63,378 nt of DNA, filler included, from Choristocarpus tenellus KU-1152 (GCA_964200185.2; 7 parts of 7 records of this genome joined end to end with filler, not necessarily neighbours in it), one strand, 5' to 3'; positions 24,001 to 38,000 are shown, counted from the whole stretch's first letter. Made by a program: numbers and translations. The notes: generated by a model not told the origin, from the letters alone.

Positions 24001-25289
24001 GGTGGCAGTGTGATACTTTGATGAAGTATGAAGTATGAAGTGTGTTTTTGGTGCCCTTGTTCTGATATTATTCTGATGCAGCAATGTGCACAACACCCTC
24101 CTCTTTGACTCCTCCTCTTTGTATGCACGTGTCGTTCTTGTACCTTGAATTCTTACTATGGCATATTTTGCTCTGATCTGATTTTAGTGAATCTTCTTCC
24201 TGCTTATCTCCCTCTACTCCCTTTACTCATTGCCCCCTGGCACCTCTTGCCCCTCTTGTCCTGTTTTGTGCTACTACTACACTTTACTCACAGCTTCATG
24301 GAAAATCTCAAAGGCTATGAATTCACAGAGTCAAGTAAAGTCAAGGATCTTGAGAAGAGGGTGGAGGGTGAGAGCCTGTTGGGATGCAGTAAATTGTATT
24401 TTATAGCTGTATGTGTAGTAAGGACATGGAAAAGAGAAAAGGGCCAGTATGATAAAGATATATGCCAATATGATGAAGGCTGCTCAGATTCATTCAAGCA
24501 TTTTTCTAGCAGGACCTGCTGAGTGAAGAGGCAGAGGTCAATTTTGTGAGGGGGTATGGGAAGGTCGGGCAGGGAGAGGAGATAAGGGTATTTGACAAGC
24601 TTAGTAGGGATATTATTGGTACGCCAACTGAATCTATCCTTTTCATACCCAACTATGTGCTTTCGCCATGTTGCTGTAGTGGGATGGTTTTGGCTCTGTG
24701 CGTGTCGGGCATATAAACCTTTCAAACGTGTTACCTTCTTTATCTGTTGGCCTCCTTAGCTCGTCCCTGACTGGCACCCCCTTTACACCCCCTCTATACC
24801 CCATTCGCTGAGTCTGCAATACCATGCGCATTGAAGCCAGCCTGTTCCCTTTCAGGGTGACTTCGCTTCCGTTCTCATATGCATTTTTTTAATTTCGTAT
24901 TATATATGCCGACTCTCTTTACACACACCTCTCTTTACTCTCTTTACCCCACCAATACTTCATGTTCGGTTACCCCTCCAATTTGGCTACAATTTCCACC
25001 GAATGACTTCTTTTTGACTTGATAGATTTGATCTGTACCACCACTCACTTCTCAATCATCTCTTGAAATTCAGCTTTTTTGACAATGCCCACCTACCCCC
25101 CCACCTCCTTTCCCCTGCCCCACACGTACTCTCTACATTGATTATTCGATCTGGGTGGGGATAGGCCTGGTTTCTCGAGACAAGCTCCTGGAGATGAAGT
25201 ACCATGCAGACAAAGTATCCTCGGAAGACTCCGAAAACAAGGCTCTCTTCCCTAGCCTGAAGTTGGCATCACTCTTCTGGTCCCTTGTG
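18053..25289 (+). CDS. SPX-domain membrane protein, probably a phosphate transporter (PHO87/PHO91/PTC1-like architecture); 3'-truncated by the contig end
   Basis: Exons 18053-18112 (MKFGKQLQTGVYKPWQDQYM), 18413-18515 (AYGKYRRMLKR...), 19769-19965, 21863-21952 (EEFFGELDKDKEK), 22580-22644 (VENFFVGKLAELE), 23639-23809 (LQKYVELNKDGFRKIVKKYDK, GC donor), 24294-24367 and 25165-25289 (start of a hydrophobic segment LKLASLFWSLV). All three SPX sub-motifs are present. An optional extra exon 23446-23571 is phase-compatible. The transporter subtype is inferred. Confidence 0.85.
20119..20175. repeat. 10-bp tandem repeat (ATATCTGTAC) about x5
   Basis: Direct reading of the sequence. Confidence 0.7.
21352..21638. 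repeat. 13-bp minisatellite (ATT[C/T]ACAATTTTT) about x22, intronic
   Basis: Direct reading; it produces the repetitive FLFTIFIHNFYSQ ORFs. Confidence 0.95.
21953..22111. repeat. 12-bp minisatellite (GTTAGTTTT[G/A]GT) about x13, starting at an SPX-gene splice donor
   Basis: The array begins at the GT of AAG|GTTAGT. Confidence 0.92.
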
Positions 25290-25707
25290 GTGCATTATTT
25301 GAATACTAACTTTTGTGTGTACTGATGAATCATGCCGTTGTACCCTCACTCTATTGTTTTTTCGGTGTTTGAGTTAGGATATGTGGGAAGGCAGGTAGTT
25401 TTGTGTGTGTGTGTGTGTGTGTGTTGTGTTGTGTTGTGTTCATGTTTTTGTGTTTTTGTGTTCTCATCAATCTTTTGTTTGCTTTATTGTGATATTTGAA
25501 TATGTGTGTTGCAGTCCTTCAGTTTTTTATTTTTTATGTGGATGGTGGATGGGTAGATGTTTTTATTTTTATGACCCTTGCCACCACTATTCGACCTCAA
25601 AAGGGAAAGAAGGAGGGGGGGGGGGGGGGGGGGGGGACTAAGAAGAAGGAAGGGGGGGGGGAAAAAAAAAAAAACCCAAAAAAAATGTGGAAAAAGGGGG
25701 GAAAAAA

Positions 25708-25807
25708 NNNNNNNNNNNNNNNNNNNNNNNNNNNNNNNNNNNNNNNNNNNNTTAATTAATTAANNNNNNNNNNNNNNNNNNNNNNNNNNNNNNNNNNNNN
25801 NNNNNNN
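25708..25807. other. Artificial contig linker
   Basis: N44-TTAATTAATTAA-N44. Confidence 0.97.
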
Positions 25808-26209
25808 GGGGGGGGGTGGGGGGGGGGGGGGGGTGATGGAATGCGCAAAGGAGAGGCAAGAGAAAGAGTGTCCAGCAGGGCATGGCAATGGCGCATGGGA
25901 TTCTTGAAACCCAACCCATGTCATAAAAAAGGAGGGATTGATTCTCTGCAGTCACACTGATAGACAAACAAATAGACAGACACGCACAGATAGACATGCA
26001 CACTACTGGAGAATGATGTGTGCAGGTTTAAAAAAAAAGAAACGTTCCTGTACTTTCCTTCATGTTCTGAATCAGAAGAAAGCAGAAAAATTTAAAGGTT
26101 TTTTTGATCTGCCAATCTCTCTCTCCCAAGTGCTATCGTTGATTCTGTTGTTTGGAGGATCAAGTTTTTTTACAGGGGGTTTCCCTGCTTCCAAGTTTCC
26201 TTCATGGCA

Positions 26210-26322
26210 CATTGGATTGATAAAGACCATTGGATTGATAAAGACCATTGGATTGAGACAGACCATTTGATTGATACAGACCAATTTGATTGATAAAGAC
26301 CATTGGATTGATAAAGAGCATT
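26210..26322. repeat. 18-bp tandem repeat (CATTGGATTGATAAAGAC) about x6
   Basis: Direct reading of the sequence. Confidence 0.85.
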
Positions 26323-26687
26323 GAAGAAAACCTCTTGAAGAAGGGAGTAGGCCAACCAGGCTGCTAGCTGAGTGGGTAAGACAATGTAGGTAGATGGGGT
26401 CCCTCATCAGGCAAGAGCGCCTCATGCATAGTCTGCACATTATTATTATCTTCTTTGAGCAACGACAGTTTTTCAGTCACTACTGGGCACGGCTACTACT
26501 ATAAGTCAACACACTTCATTACGACGTAATCTTACTGTTGGTTGCAGAAAAATCGTCTTAAATGTGTTGCATGAAATTTGTGCTGCATAGCATACTTCAT
26601 ACTCTCTTCGAACATTTCTTTTTTTTTAATGCATAGCAGCTATTGGTACTTGCAATAGCAAAATCGTTCATTGCTGAAAAGAGTTAC

Positions 26688-28309
26688 CTCCTCAGGCCGT
26701 TCAGAGCCCCTTTCTGCCTACGCTGCTCTAGAGTCCCTGCTGCAGTTCCAACTCGCTTCTCATCCCCTGCCTCCAGCACCTTGGAAAGGCTTTCCTGTAG
26801 CTGCTCCACCTACTTGTTGCAGCGGGGGAGGGAGAATGATGGAGGGGGAGCAGCAGGATGGGATGGGCATAATGATTTCTATGGATGGGCTAAGAGGCTT
26901 AAGTTCACACAATCAAGGGTTAGAAAGAAATGTAGAACACAGGGGTTTGGAAGTAATTGTGATACATTTCCCTCACAGTCAGAACACAGTCAGAACACAG
27001 TCTGAACACAATTGAAATGCATCTACACGAATGTCTTGCTAAAAAACATATTGAAACCACAGTTACATTATACTTTTTTTTCATATTACAATCTCTTGCA
27101 ATCATTCAACAAATAATCCATCCAATCCGCGCAAGAGAAAAAAAGAGCCCTCCCCAACGAATTAGAAAAAAAATAATGTCCTCAGGTGCAGATTCGTCGG
27201 TACAACAGTGGCCTCAAGCTGCATGCTCCTCTGGCTGCTCTAGCTCGCATTCAAGGAGCATATTTACTTTTTGAGCACATCGGTGAATGCTGCAAAATAC
27301 TATAGTAATATAGGGACTGAGGACATGATGTCCATCTTGTTTGCTTGCGTATGGGAGCTTATTCCCATAGCCAATGAAATTACCCTCTTCACATCTGCCC
27401 TCTTCCAAAGGTCGAAGAGTAACCCAAAAAATATTCTTGCTAACCTCGAAATAAGCTCAAGTCACACGAAATGTATTAATCCTGTTCTTTGGGCCCATTG
27501 CGAATGATGAAAGGGCAACTGAACCACGACCTGCCCCCACAACCCCCTCGCTTCCTTTCATTGCCTACCTTTCTTTCGAGCTCCTGGATGCGTAGGTCCT
27601 TCTGAGCTCCCAGGCATCTTGCCTCCTCTTGCTCCGACTCAGCACGCTTGCCCTGTAACAGGGACTTGCGTTCTGCGGCGCCGGCATCCTCCGCAGCTTT
27701 GATTACCTGCACTCTCATCAACCCAGGGGCAGTTGGGAATCATGAACCATAGTTCATTGGTTTGTTCGGTCGGTGCGAATCAAGAAGATTGAATCGATTC
27801 TTTTGATTGTAGGTTCAGTGGTCAATAAAACAGCGATGCTTAACGGAAATAATATGCGACCCATGTCCATAAGGAATTCGTGAGCCCAAAAATTCGACCA
27901 TGGTACGAATCGTAGTGACATTAGTTGAGTGATTCGTAAGTGTTTGCAGCATACCATTCGAAGCCTCGGATTGGACAGAGGGGGATTTAGACTCATATAG
28001 GTCACCTTGTAATGCGAGATTCTCGTGTACCTTTAGATGAAGCGCGTTGTTTTCTTTGAGTAGACGCGAGTTCTCCTTCTTCAGAGGGAAAAGCTGGGCC
28101 TGACTGAGAGCCAAATCGGCAGCCGTCTGTTCCTCCCTTTGCTGCAGATCCTCGTAGCTTTCGGTAGTTGTCACCAAATCAAAGAAGAGGCGATCCACAA
28201 GTACCAGCGAGTCAGCCGTGAAAGGGTCATGGTACTCGAGAGCAGCGAGCTTTGCCCTAAGGTCTGAGAATCGCTTGTGCTGACCACTGCCACGCCCGTT
28301 GCCATCCAT
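26688..28309 (-). CDS. CEP135: Centrosomal protein CEP135/BLD10 homologue, first three exons (3'-truncated by the contig end)
   Basis: Exons 28309-28031 (MDG...KRFSDLRAKLAALEYHDPFTADSLVLVDRLFFDLVTTTESY...LFPLKKENSRLLKENNALHLK), 27706-27569 (VIKAAED...KDLRIQELERK) and 26809-26688 (VEQLQESLSKV...). This matches the CEP135 N-terminal pattern R..LD.LGY.Q.L..E.LPLVEKLF.DLV.TTES...LEPYK.EN.RL..ENN.L.L. Confidence 0.85.
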
Positions 28310-29083
28310 TAGAGATGGTCGATGGACCTTATACCCTTCTTTTTTCACTTTCCTCCCAAATCTAGTATACAAGCAACATATTGCAGGACATTTGAGCAAA
28401 CAAGTTGCTCTTCACTGTCCAGTTTCTGCTCCACAACAAGGTTGCACAAGGGAAGCGTTTATATTAGTAGTAGTAGTTTGATTTTCAAAAACATTTTGAA
28501 ACATTTTGATCTTTTTTCGATTCTGAACTTTGAATGGACAATTGTGAAACGTTTCTCGGTTTCGATCAGAGAAGTCCTTTCAAGGAGACAACGTAGTTTG
28601 CGCTTAAGTGGGAAAAAGTTTACCGGAGCGAACCATCACACCTACAATCATACCCCCGTGAGTCGGAAGAGGTACTCTGACTACGCTTGTTCGATGGACT
28701 GATAGAGGATAGTTTAAAGTGAATGCTAAACATTGGTCCAGATCTGGACTAATGTCCCTGGGCTTGTTTGGCGTCTCCCAGACATCACCCACTTCAATGA
28801 CCCACATTCAACGCCATCTTGACTACGTTTGGGTAGGATGGTGATCTCTTGGCCATAATTTTAGGATAACGGCTCGCAGTTGTGGTATATGGGACACCTT
28901 GTTGCACACAGTCATCCACTGAGATATCGTCCTTGTTCTCAGGCGATTGGGGCTTACACCCCTCCGTACACTTGAAGGTGCGGGGCACGGGCAATGAATT
29001 ACCCACCCTACCTGTGCCCCCAACCTGGGAGAGAGAGGATCGTACCTCGGTGGGATCAAAGATAGGCACATCGAACAAGTACA
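28310..29083. promoter_or_regulatory. Short divergent intergenic region, a probable bidirectional promoter (CEP135 / Ca2+ channel)
   Basis: 774 bp between the oppositely oriented putative start codons, within one contig. The channel may have an additional upstream exon here. Confidence 0.5.
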
Positions 29084-32000
29084 ATGCAGAAGGCAATCGA
29101 TGCAACGCCAACAGGGCATAGAGACACAGGAGAAATATTGGAGAGTGGACAAGAAGCTGAAGGGTCACATAGCCCTACGCCCAACTCGAAGGGAGGCCGG
29201 GGATCTAGTTTAACAGACGATGGTCTATCTATTCGATCATTATGGCTATTCAAGCGTCATCACATTTTGCGTAGGGTCTGCATCTCTGTAGTTGAATCGG
29301 TGTGGTTCGATCGAGTCATCATCACGATCATTCTGGTGAATTGTATTTTCCTGGCCATCCTCGACTATGGATCGGTGAGAAGGGGTAGAGGTACCACACA
29401 GAAATAGGCGTTAGGTAAACCTTGCCCGTGTACACACATATTATACAAAATCAACTAGTAATGAGCACGCAAGCATGCAAGCATGCAGAAGGATGAACAG
29501 GTAGTACGTTGCTAAATGTATTTCCGTATCCATCTGTCCTCTCTATACTCTATCAACAGACAATGGGGGTAACCAAGAGCCTCTAATGAACCTGTAGTAT
29601 GAGGGAGGGATATTATCTATACTGTGAACTGTCTTTGAACTCATGAAGCTCATTCTTCCCTTCTGAATTGCAACCCTTGTCGTGCAGTGGCTATTGTGGC
29701 ATGTAGTGGTCTGAAAAAGAATATCCTCCAGTCTTCTCTCCTAGCAAATACTTCTTCAATCTTCAATGAAAACTAGCCAGAAATAAGCTGGGGAGAAAAA
29801 ATCATCATGTGCACCATCGGATGTAGTGTTTAACTCTGTGAAGCAACGGGGATAGAGGAGAATGTGGGCAGCACAAGCTATTCTCCAATGGATCAAACGA
29901 TGATCAGTAGGTTAGCTGCTTGATAAGAGATTACTTCAAAATATTAAAAAATCCTTGGTTCATTACAGTTTAGAAATAAATTATGTTTCTAATCTGTAGT
30001 CTACTCCTCCTGTGCCTCATTTATCACCAGGTGGACAGTAGCTATAACCCCTCTAGCTCTTCATCAACCCGGAACAGGGTAGTAGAGGTTGCCATGCCAA
30101 TCTTCACATGGATCTTCGTTGGTGAGGCTGTCGTCAAAATAGTGGCCCTTGGCTTCAGAAGCTACCACAGAGATCCCTGGAATAGGTTGGATTTTGTCGT
30201 CAGTGTCATTAGGTGAGGCAAGATGCAGGGAAAAGGAAAAATAATGTCATTTGTGATGACCTGAAAATAAACGCCTGCTCTACATGTTGTGGAGGTGATA
30301 TTTCTTTGTGAGAATGAGATGGAGCAGACTGGGAAGTGGACAGGAGGAATGAAAATGATAAGGACAACATATGACCAACAAATATGTAAATGGGTGCCTC
30401 ATGCTGAACCGCTAGCACATGTTCACTGCACATCAATACACAAGAAGTGAGAATCCAATACTAATAATAGAACAATAATGTGGAGATGCACATAGCCCGC
30501 TGTTTTCCAGAACACAGCTTGAAGAAGTTGTCTAGGTTTCGAATGCTCTCCAAAGATTATGTGCATACTTGCCTCACACCCATGTTCAACTCACACTTCC
30601 TCTGTTTGCCACTCTCTACCCCCCTTAAACTGAGGAATTTTCCTTTTTCCCCCTTCCACACTATTTTTTTCTTTTTATGCACAGTACAGTTCTGCCTATA
30701 TTTCCGCTCTTTGATTTGATGCTCTTTTTGCTAAGGGGCTAGGAAGAGGCCGTCTTTTTATGTCCTTATCTTACCTACTTCTTGCCGTGACAAGGTTTGC
30801 TGCCATGCTGTTCTGCATTTTTTCCCATTCACCTAACATGTCGTTGCAATGGCAGTGTGTTGGAGTACCTCCCGTGGGTGCCAGAGCTGAGTGTACTGAG
30901 GTCAGCAAGGATGTTAAAGCCATTGAGGAGTTTGAGGCGTTTTCCTGGACTAAGGTATGCGGATTCATATCTAGTGGATCTGATTATGACATGCCTTCAA
31001 GTACAAATCTTGATTGATGCAGCAAGGCTGGGCGGTTTACAGTAGAGATTATTAATGCAACTTGCATTTGTTTTCTTTTTTTATATTGAGGGGTTTGATT
31101 TAGTGGGTTGTACACCATCAGTGGACTGCTCCTTCAACCATATGGAACAGGGTGACCAGCATAAAAATGGGAAAGTCAGCAGAGCCTCAGTGATGCCCAT
31201 CAATCCAACAGCCATGAATTTCCTAGTGCTGGGTCCATTTTGTGTGGCTTGGTAGAGTCGTGAACTCTGTGGAACTCAATGTAGCTTCAAAGCAAGAAAT
31301 GTTTGAAAACGGATTTATATCATGGTAGCTGAATTTTTGAGATGTTGTCAGGGGAAAAAAAAGAAAAGAACAAAGCCCAAATATATATACAGCAGTATAG
31401 TTTTTCTTTATTGTGCACAATAGAGCTGTAGAAAAAACTTGCTACTGGCACCCATCGTTGACAAAATCAGGTTGTTAGAGTGAATGTATGATTGTGATTG
31501 GTGGTTATTATTGTGATTTTTACATAAGGCAACTGTGCGCGAATTGTATCTGGAAATTGTAAAATAGGCATTTCTTCTATAGAGATCGAGGCACAATGTT
31601 TTGGAGGAGGACGCAGGTGCAGAAGATATACATACCGTTGCAACCATGCCTTGACCCACCAGTTATCATAAGCACCCATTGGACATAATTTCAAGCAAAG
31701 AACGGGTCATTACAGAGACTGGTCAGGAAGGAGATCGAGAGCTTGAAAAATATATATAGTCATCACTACACACACTTCTTTGCACACTTCTTTGCAAAGA
31801 TTTCTCCTGAGAAATTTGACCAGTTGGAAAGATCTTGAATCACCTTCCTTCTCAATCTCTTCTCGCCTCCTCCTCCTCTGATCCAATGACACTGGACTGT
31901 CGTGCAGACGCATTATCTCAGCCATGCTGAAATCACTTCCAGGCCTGCTAGACGTTGTAACCTTGTTGGTGGTTTTGCTGACAGTCTTCTCTATCCTGGC

Positions 32001-35000
32001 CATGCAGCTCTTTGGTGGCATCCTCCATTCACGGTGAGAGAGCCACTTGGTTATGCAATACTAAGATCTCCACATTGAAGTAGTACTTGTGTGTGCGTGT
32101 GTGTGTTTATGTACTCACCGTACCTGACATAGAGGTAGGAAGTGGATTGCTGGAGGAGGTTAAAAGAGAGGAGGGCAGGGGATAGAAGGGCATGAAGATA
32201 GGAAGACAAAGAGAAGAAAGGGATGCTGTGGCGAGAAACTAAAGGAGAAAATGAACAACTTTGGAATTGGAAAAGAGATGGTGGAAAGAGTGGGTGGAAA
32301 TGAGGGGATGACTGCGAAGATGGGAGATTGCCAGCAGCAACACAAAAAACCCCCGTTAAGTATTGCAATTATCCGCAAAAGCTGAGATTTCAAGACCTGA
32401 AGTTTCCCAATGTTTACTCGTTATCTAATGCCTAGGGTACGGAAAAACAACAGTGCTTATCTCTCTGACTCTCTGTCTGGAAGTTACTCTTACCAGAGTT
32501 TTATCTTGCGCATGTGCTCATCCCAATCGGATGGGCTGCCCATGATGGCTGCAGGTTGCACCAGGCGGTTCTGCTCACATTGTTGTTAATATACATAATT
32601 TCTCATTAGTCGTGAGACAAAGTCATTATCTGCAGTTGTTCCTCAATTGCTCTCTATAGTAGTTCAGTAGCTTCATCTTCTACTTGAACGGTGATTGATT
32701 TTCTCACTTAACTTCTCCTCGGTGACCCTTGAAAAAAAACAAAACTTGTCATTCATGCTGCATTCCTTACATTTGACCTTCTCGCAGCTGTTGTTCCTTT
32801 CATTGTGATAGGCTTTTCTTAGTATAACCTCCCCTTCAACATTAGTACATTTTTCAGCAAATGTTGACAGGCCTTAGGTTTCGCCTGCCTAGCCACAGAT
32901 ATTTCGATTTCTTCTTGCTCGAACACAGTAGGATTCATCGCCAGCATAAGCTGGTGGCACCTTCCATTCCCACATCTGAGCAGGGTCCCATGATGCATGA
33001 AAACAATGCAAGCAAAAAGTAGTAAAAGAAACCACCTTGAGAGTGAACAAAAAAAATCACATGCATAGGTACTACACAATGCTGCCCCACCCCCCCCCTT
33101 GACGCATCTGCACCAAGTGGAGGGAATGGTGAATCTGAGTGCTCTGCCCTCCAGACTTGTGCGAGACTCTTAGAGTGAGCTCTCCCTTCTTGTGTTAGCT
33201 GTACTTTCGGGCCAGGCAGCTGACAAGAAATAGAGCTTGCCATCTACTCAAAACCTCTTGCGCAAAGAGACTATTCCCCTCACCTCTCAAGCCTTTTCGT
33301 AGTCAGCATGCATGACACAAGATTTCAGGCCACATTTACAGAGAGACCAAAACTATTATTACTACTGTTACAACCATAAATTTCTATTATTTTTACTACT
33401 ATGATAACTTCATATTCCAGAGTATGTTGTAATATTTCCAACTATTATTGCTCGGCGGCAACCACTACACGGACACATTTCATATATTCCAGCTACTGTG
33501 TGAATCTTTAGTCATCCCTTGCTAGATCTGCACCTCATCCCTAACTCGTACTACTCTCCTCTCCTCTCCACTCCCTTCCTCTTTGCACTGCATTGCTTGT
33601 TCCAAGGTGTCGCCTCACACCCTATCCAGTCCGCTTGAGTGCATGCAGCTCAGTGTACGACGACTGCTGGGCCGAGTACCTCACCAATGTCACGCAAACC
33701 CCAGAGGATTGGATTTGCCTGGAGCAGGAAGCCGGTAGTGGTGTGGCAGAGGAGAACAACAATTTCGATTGGTCGAGAAAGTCTGATAGCCCATGGTCTG
33801 AGCCCCAGGTGCATAGGCAATGCTTTTGTTATTGTCTACAGAATGGTGGGGTTTTGTTTGCTTATTGTGTTTCTGTAGGAATGTATCTTTGGTTGGAAAA
33901 AAATGGCACCTGAAGATGGAGACCAATCAAAGGTAGCTCTGTACTCAGGACAAAAAAGAAGAGATACCAAAAAGAAGTGTTGAAGTAATCAACAATAGTA
34001 GCAGATGGTTTGATGCATGACAAAAGCACACCAAAAGGTCAATGATGTGTTATCTTTCTAAGCAGCACGTTTACATTCCCATTCTTGTACGCGTCATGCT
34101 GTGCACATCCCTTCCTCATACATTTACATTCCAAAGACCACTAAAACACCTAGCCTGTTACTCCACCTTGAGACTTGAAGCTCCTCTCATACTCCTCCCC
34201 CAGAACAAAGAAATACATACACGGCTTAGATAGGAATATTGAACTTCCTATGGTGAACCTCATCCTGTTTCTTTGGGTCTCATTTGTTGAACCTGCCCTT
34301 CAACAAGATACAGCATTGTCAGTGACCAACAGTGTTTCTCTCTTCTCACTAGGACTGCATCTGGCCCATGGATCATGAGGACCACCGCATCTGCAGCCAA
34401 TTTTCGAGAGGCTTTTACACTGTGGGTGAATGATCGCATTATCTAAGGTCTCATTCCTTTCCCCGTGTTCCACATACAGCAGTAGGTTCAATTAGAATTA
34501 CAATGGAACCGACTATGTTTACTTCTGTGCAAGGGTATGGATTGAGAATGTGCGGACAAGTGTGAGATAAATTTGCCATGGCTCCCCATCATACCTCTTC
34601 CATCATTTGATCTGTGGATTGATCTCCAGTTAATAACGAGGTCGTTGATATTACAGCAATGTGGAAACCCTGCGATATTTTAGTCAAAGGTTACCCGGAC
34701 GAACAGTAGTTAAAATACTGGCAATACTCGCAATCTTGTTGACCCATGCCAAGCATAAAGCCTAACCCTAACCCTAGTCCTGAACCCGGTCTACACTGAC
34801 CTACATCTGATGATTACCTATGTTTCTGATACGCCTCTCCTTTGCCTCTTCACCACCGTTGACTATTCTGTTTCTTACACTTCTGACCATCACCCGTTTT
34901 TTCCCACATCATTATCTTCCTCTCCAAAAATGGCCCATTTCCTCTGGATGTAAGCAGTGTCCATCGTGGGAAAATAAGACATGTGGTTCAAATTACGACT

Positions 35001-38000
35001 GGCTGGGGAACCCACGGTTCATTGAGTCGGATTTCCCCTATGGATTCAACCGCATGATATCGGGCACTTATTATGAGGAATTTAACTGGGGCTTTACTTC
35101 CTTTGATAATTTCCCCAAGGCCATCCTAACGGTGAGGGTGGTGTGAGATGGGAGAGCCCCGAACAGGTTGATCATCTCATTTTTTTGGTAGAGCTTGATA
35201 TTCCATGTCCATGGAGTATCTCCAAGGAGCACGTTGAAGTGTTACAGCCCAATTTGTAATTCATGGTAAATCCAATATTTTGGTGACTACACGATGAAGA
35301 GGAGGAAAAGCATACGCACATGGAACACAGTCATTTTAGCATAATCAAATCACACCTGAGGTATTCTACTTTGCCTTGCAGACAAGGTATGCTCAAACAA
35401 CAAAGATTTCCCTCCCCTCTTCCCTCTTCATTCTGCCCCTCAATAATAGTATACTTTAACAGTCCTATAGATTCAAGGCACTCAAGGATCAATTTGCTAC
35501 GATTCAGCAAAGCCCATTAAACAGCGTCAACACTACCAAAACAAACAATAACAAGCACACCAACACACACACACACAAGCATGCCCCTATCAAGCTTTTT
35601 TTCCCTTTCCTCACCACAATAATGTCAAAGGTCTTTCAAAAGGTGACCATGGAAGGATGGACGGATGTAATGTACATGTGCATGGATGCCTACAGTCCAT
35701 GGGCCTCATCCTCTATATGGGTTCTCCTCATTCTCCTGGGATCATTTGTGATGCTGAACCTGGTCCTTGCAGTCATCACCGAGTCTATCAGTGATGCTGA
35801 TGAGGAGGCGGTAAGATGAATAGGAGTCAGCATTCTCCTGAATTATCAAAATGGCCATTTTGAGCACTATTATTGAAACGTTCTTCTATGTTCTGCTGCT
35901 ACAACTAGAGCAGATGGCATGCACTACAATATATGCAGAGCAGGGGTCGTACCATTATACAGTATTTTAGGTTGGAATTAGAGCACTTCAATTTGCAGTC
36001 ATTTTTTCAATACTTAATCATAAGAAATTGTATTGTATAACAAACTGTGTCCCATTCCCTTTTCAGATTATCAGGTCTAGTCTAGCATGTACTTTACTAG
36101 GGTTTCAAGCACAGTTCAGGGTGGAGAAGGAATATACTCTCAAAATAATAGTGGATCTCCTCTCAAGTAATTTCTGCATTTGGAGTGCACAATCAGTTTT
36201 CATGAAGGAATCATCATGCATTCAATAGGCAGTCATAATCTCAGCTTCTGTTTTATCCCTTGGACATCGTTACACTATTCCTTCTACTAGGTAAACCCAA
36301 ATATTTGTTCAATGTTTGGCGCCACTTCAATGGGCAAAGATGTCCTACCTCAGTGATCGATCCTTGGTCTCTACTTAATTCAGCTCAACCCTGACCTAAC
36401 TTGTATCCCTAACCTCCCGCCCCTGAGACTAAACCCCACCACTGCCCCAAGGGCACAATCCTATCTCCATCTCTTGTTGCCTGTTGAAATAGCAGGAGGT
36501 CGAAGCTGAGGAGGAGAAAAGGAGGAGTGTGTGTGACCAGGAGGTGAGGAGTGGCTTAAAAATTGCAGTAGAGCGAGTGTTGATTGCGACAATCGTGTGT
36601 TTGGACCTTACTGATAGTCTCAGAACAGCTCCCTTGCAAACATATTGGCCGAAAAATGTGAGGAGGCGTAATGAGGTTAAACAAATAGCGAAATCTAGCA
36701 TTTTGGTATTGTTTCCCTTCTCCGTGCACACTGTCGCTTGACTGTACCAATACACAGTGCCAAATTGTCGCGTGACTGTACCGTAATGAGGATGTTCAAT
36801 GAACAATTTACGACACAAGCAGAGATCATAGATACCGCACTTGGTACTATGCATATTTTCGATATTCTCAACGCAATTGGAGGAGCACAGATTGCGAAAT
36901 TATGTAACTTCATGAGAGATTTTGCCAAGTTAACTGAAGGAAGTAGAAACATGCATGTTACTATTTTCCTTCAGCTATACTTGGACACATATTCTTGAGT
37001 GATGAGGGGTGGATTTACCTTGTGCTTTTCTGACTCAATCTCCTCTTTCACAAAATAGTAAATTTCGGTGCATATGGAAAGCAAAAACTCCACTACAACT
37101 GACATCACAGCGAGATGCAATGTGAACGTTCCTTTCTCTCACTTGATATGTTACAACTAGTGGTGCTTGTCCGGAACTTGTTGTTTTATTACAATGTTGA
37201 CGATCACACACTGACCTGTCCAATTTGCAAATGAGAAGTGATGGACAGACTTCAAGATAGGCAAGGTGGCCAAGACCTTGAGCTAAACCAACCTCTTCCC
37301 ACCCTGCACTAGCCACAAAATCATCGCAGCTTTGATCCAACACATTACATTATAACACAAGACTGCATCTCAAAATCAACTATGATCTATTTTAGTAATA
37401 GCCTAGCGAGCACATTGTGACCTAACCCAGTGAAATAAATGATCAAATATGACCTCCTCATGCTCTGCTCCAGTTTGTCAAAATTGCTGCAGAAGGTGCA
37501 AGAGAGTCGTGTGAGATTCTACACAGCCCCAGGTGGGGTGCTGGGGTGCGGACTTTGATTGAGAGCATCCAGTGGCAAAATCTCATGATAGGGATTATTG
37601 TGGCCAACACTGTGGTCCTAGCCATTGACAGGCAAGAATTACGAATGGTAGGGGAAAGGCACTTGCCATTCCTATCAAATGTTAACATTGACTATGCAAA
37701 GCCTAAGCTCCAAGTCTCATGGGAAACATTTCTGCAATAATCACACTAGTCCCTGTTCAAATAGCATTAACATCGATTGGCAGCTCTTTGCTGCTACTAC
37801 ACCAAAATGCTCGTCATTTCTTTTCAGTACAGGGGTGACCCTTTATAACAGTTGAGAAGTTATCCAACCACTGCTCAACCACTGCTCAACCACCGCTATC
37901 TCTGGTCTTGTTCTGGGTAGATACCCTATTAACGATAGGGAAGCAAATATTCTGGAAGGTGCCAACCTGGTATTTACATTTGTTTTTGCTGTGGAAATGG

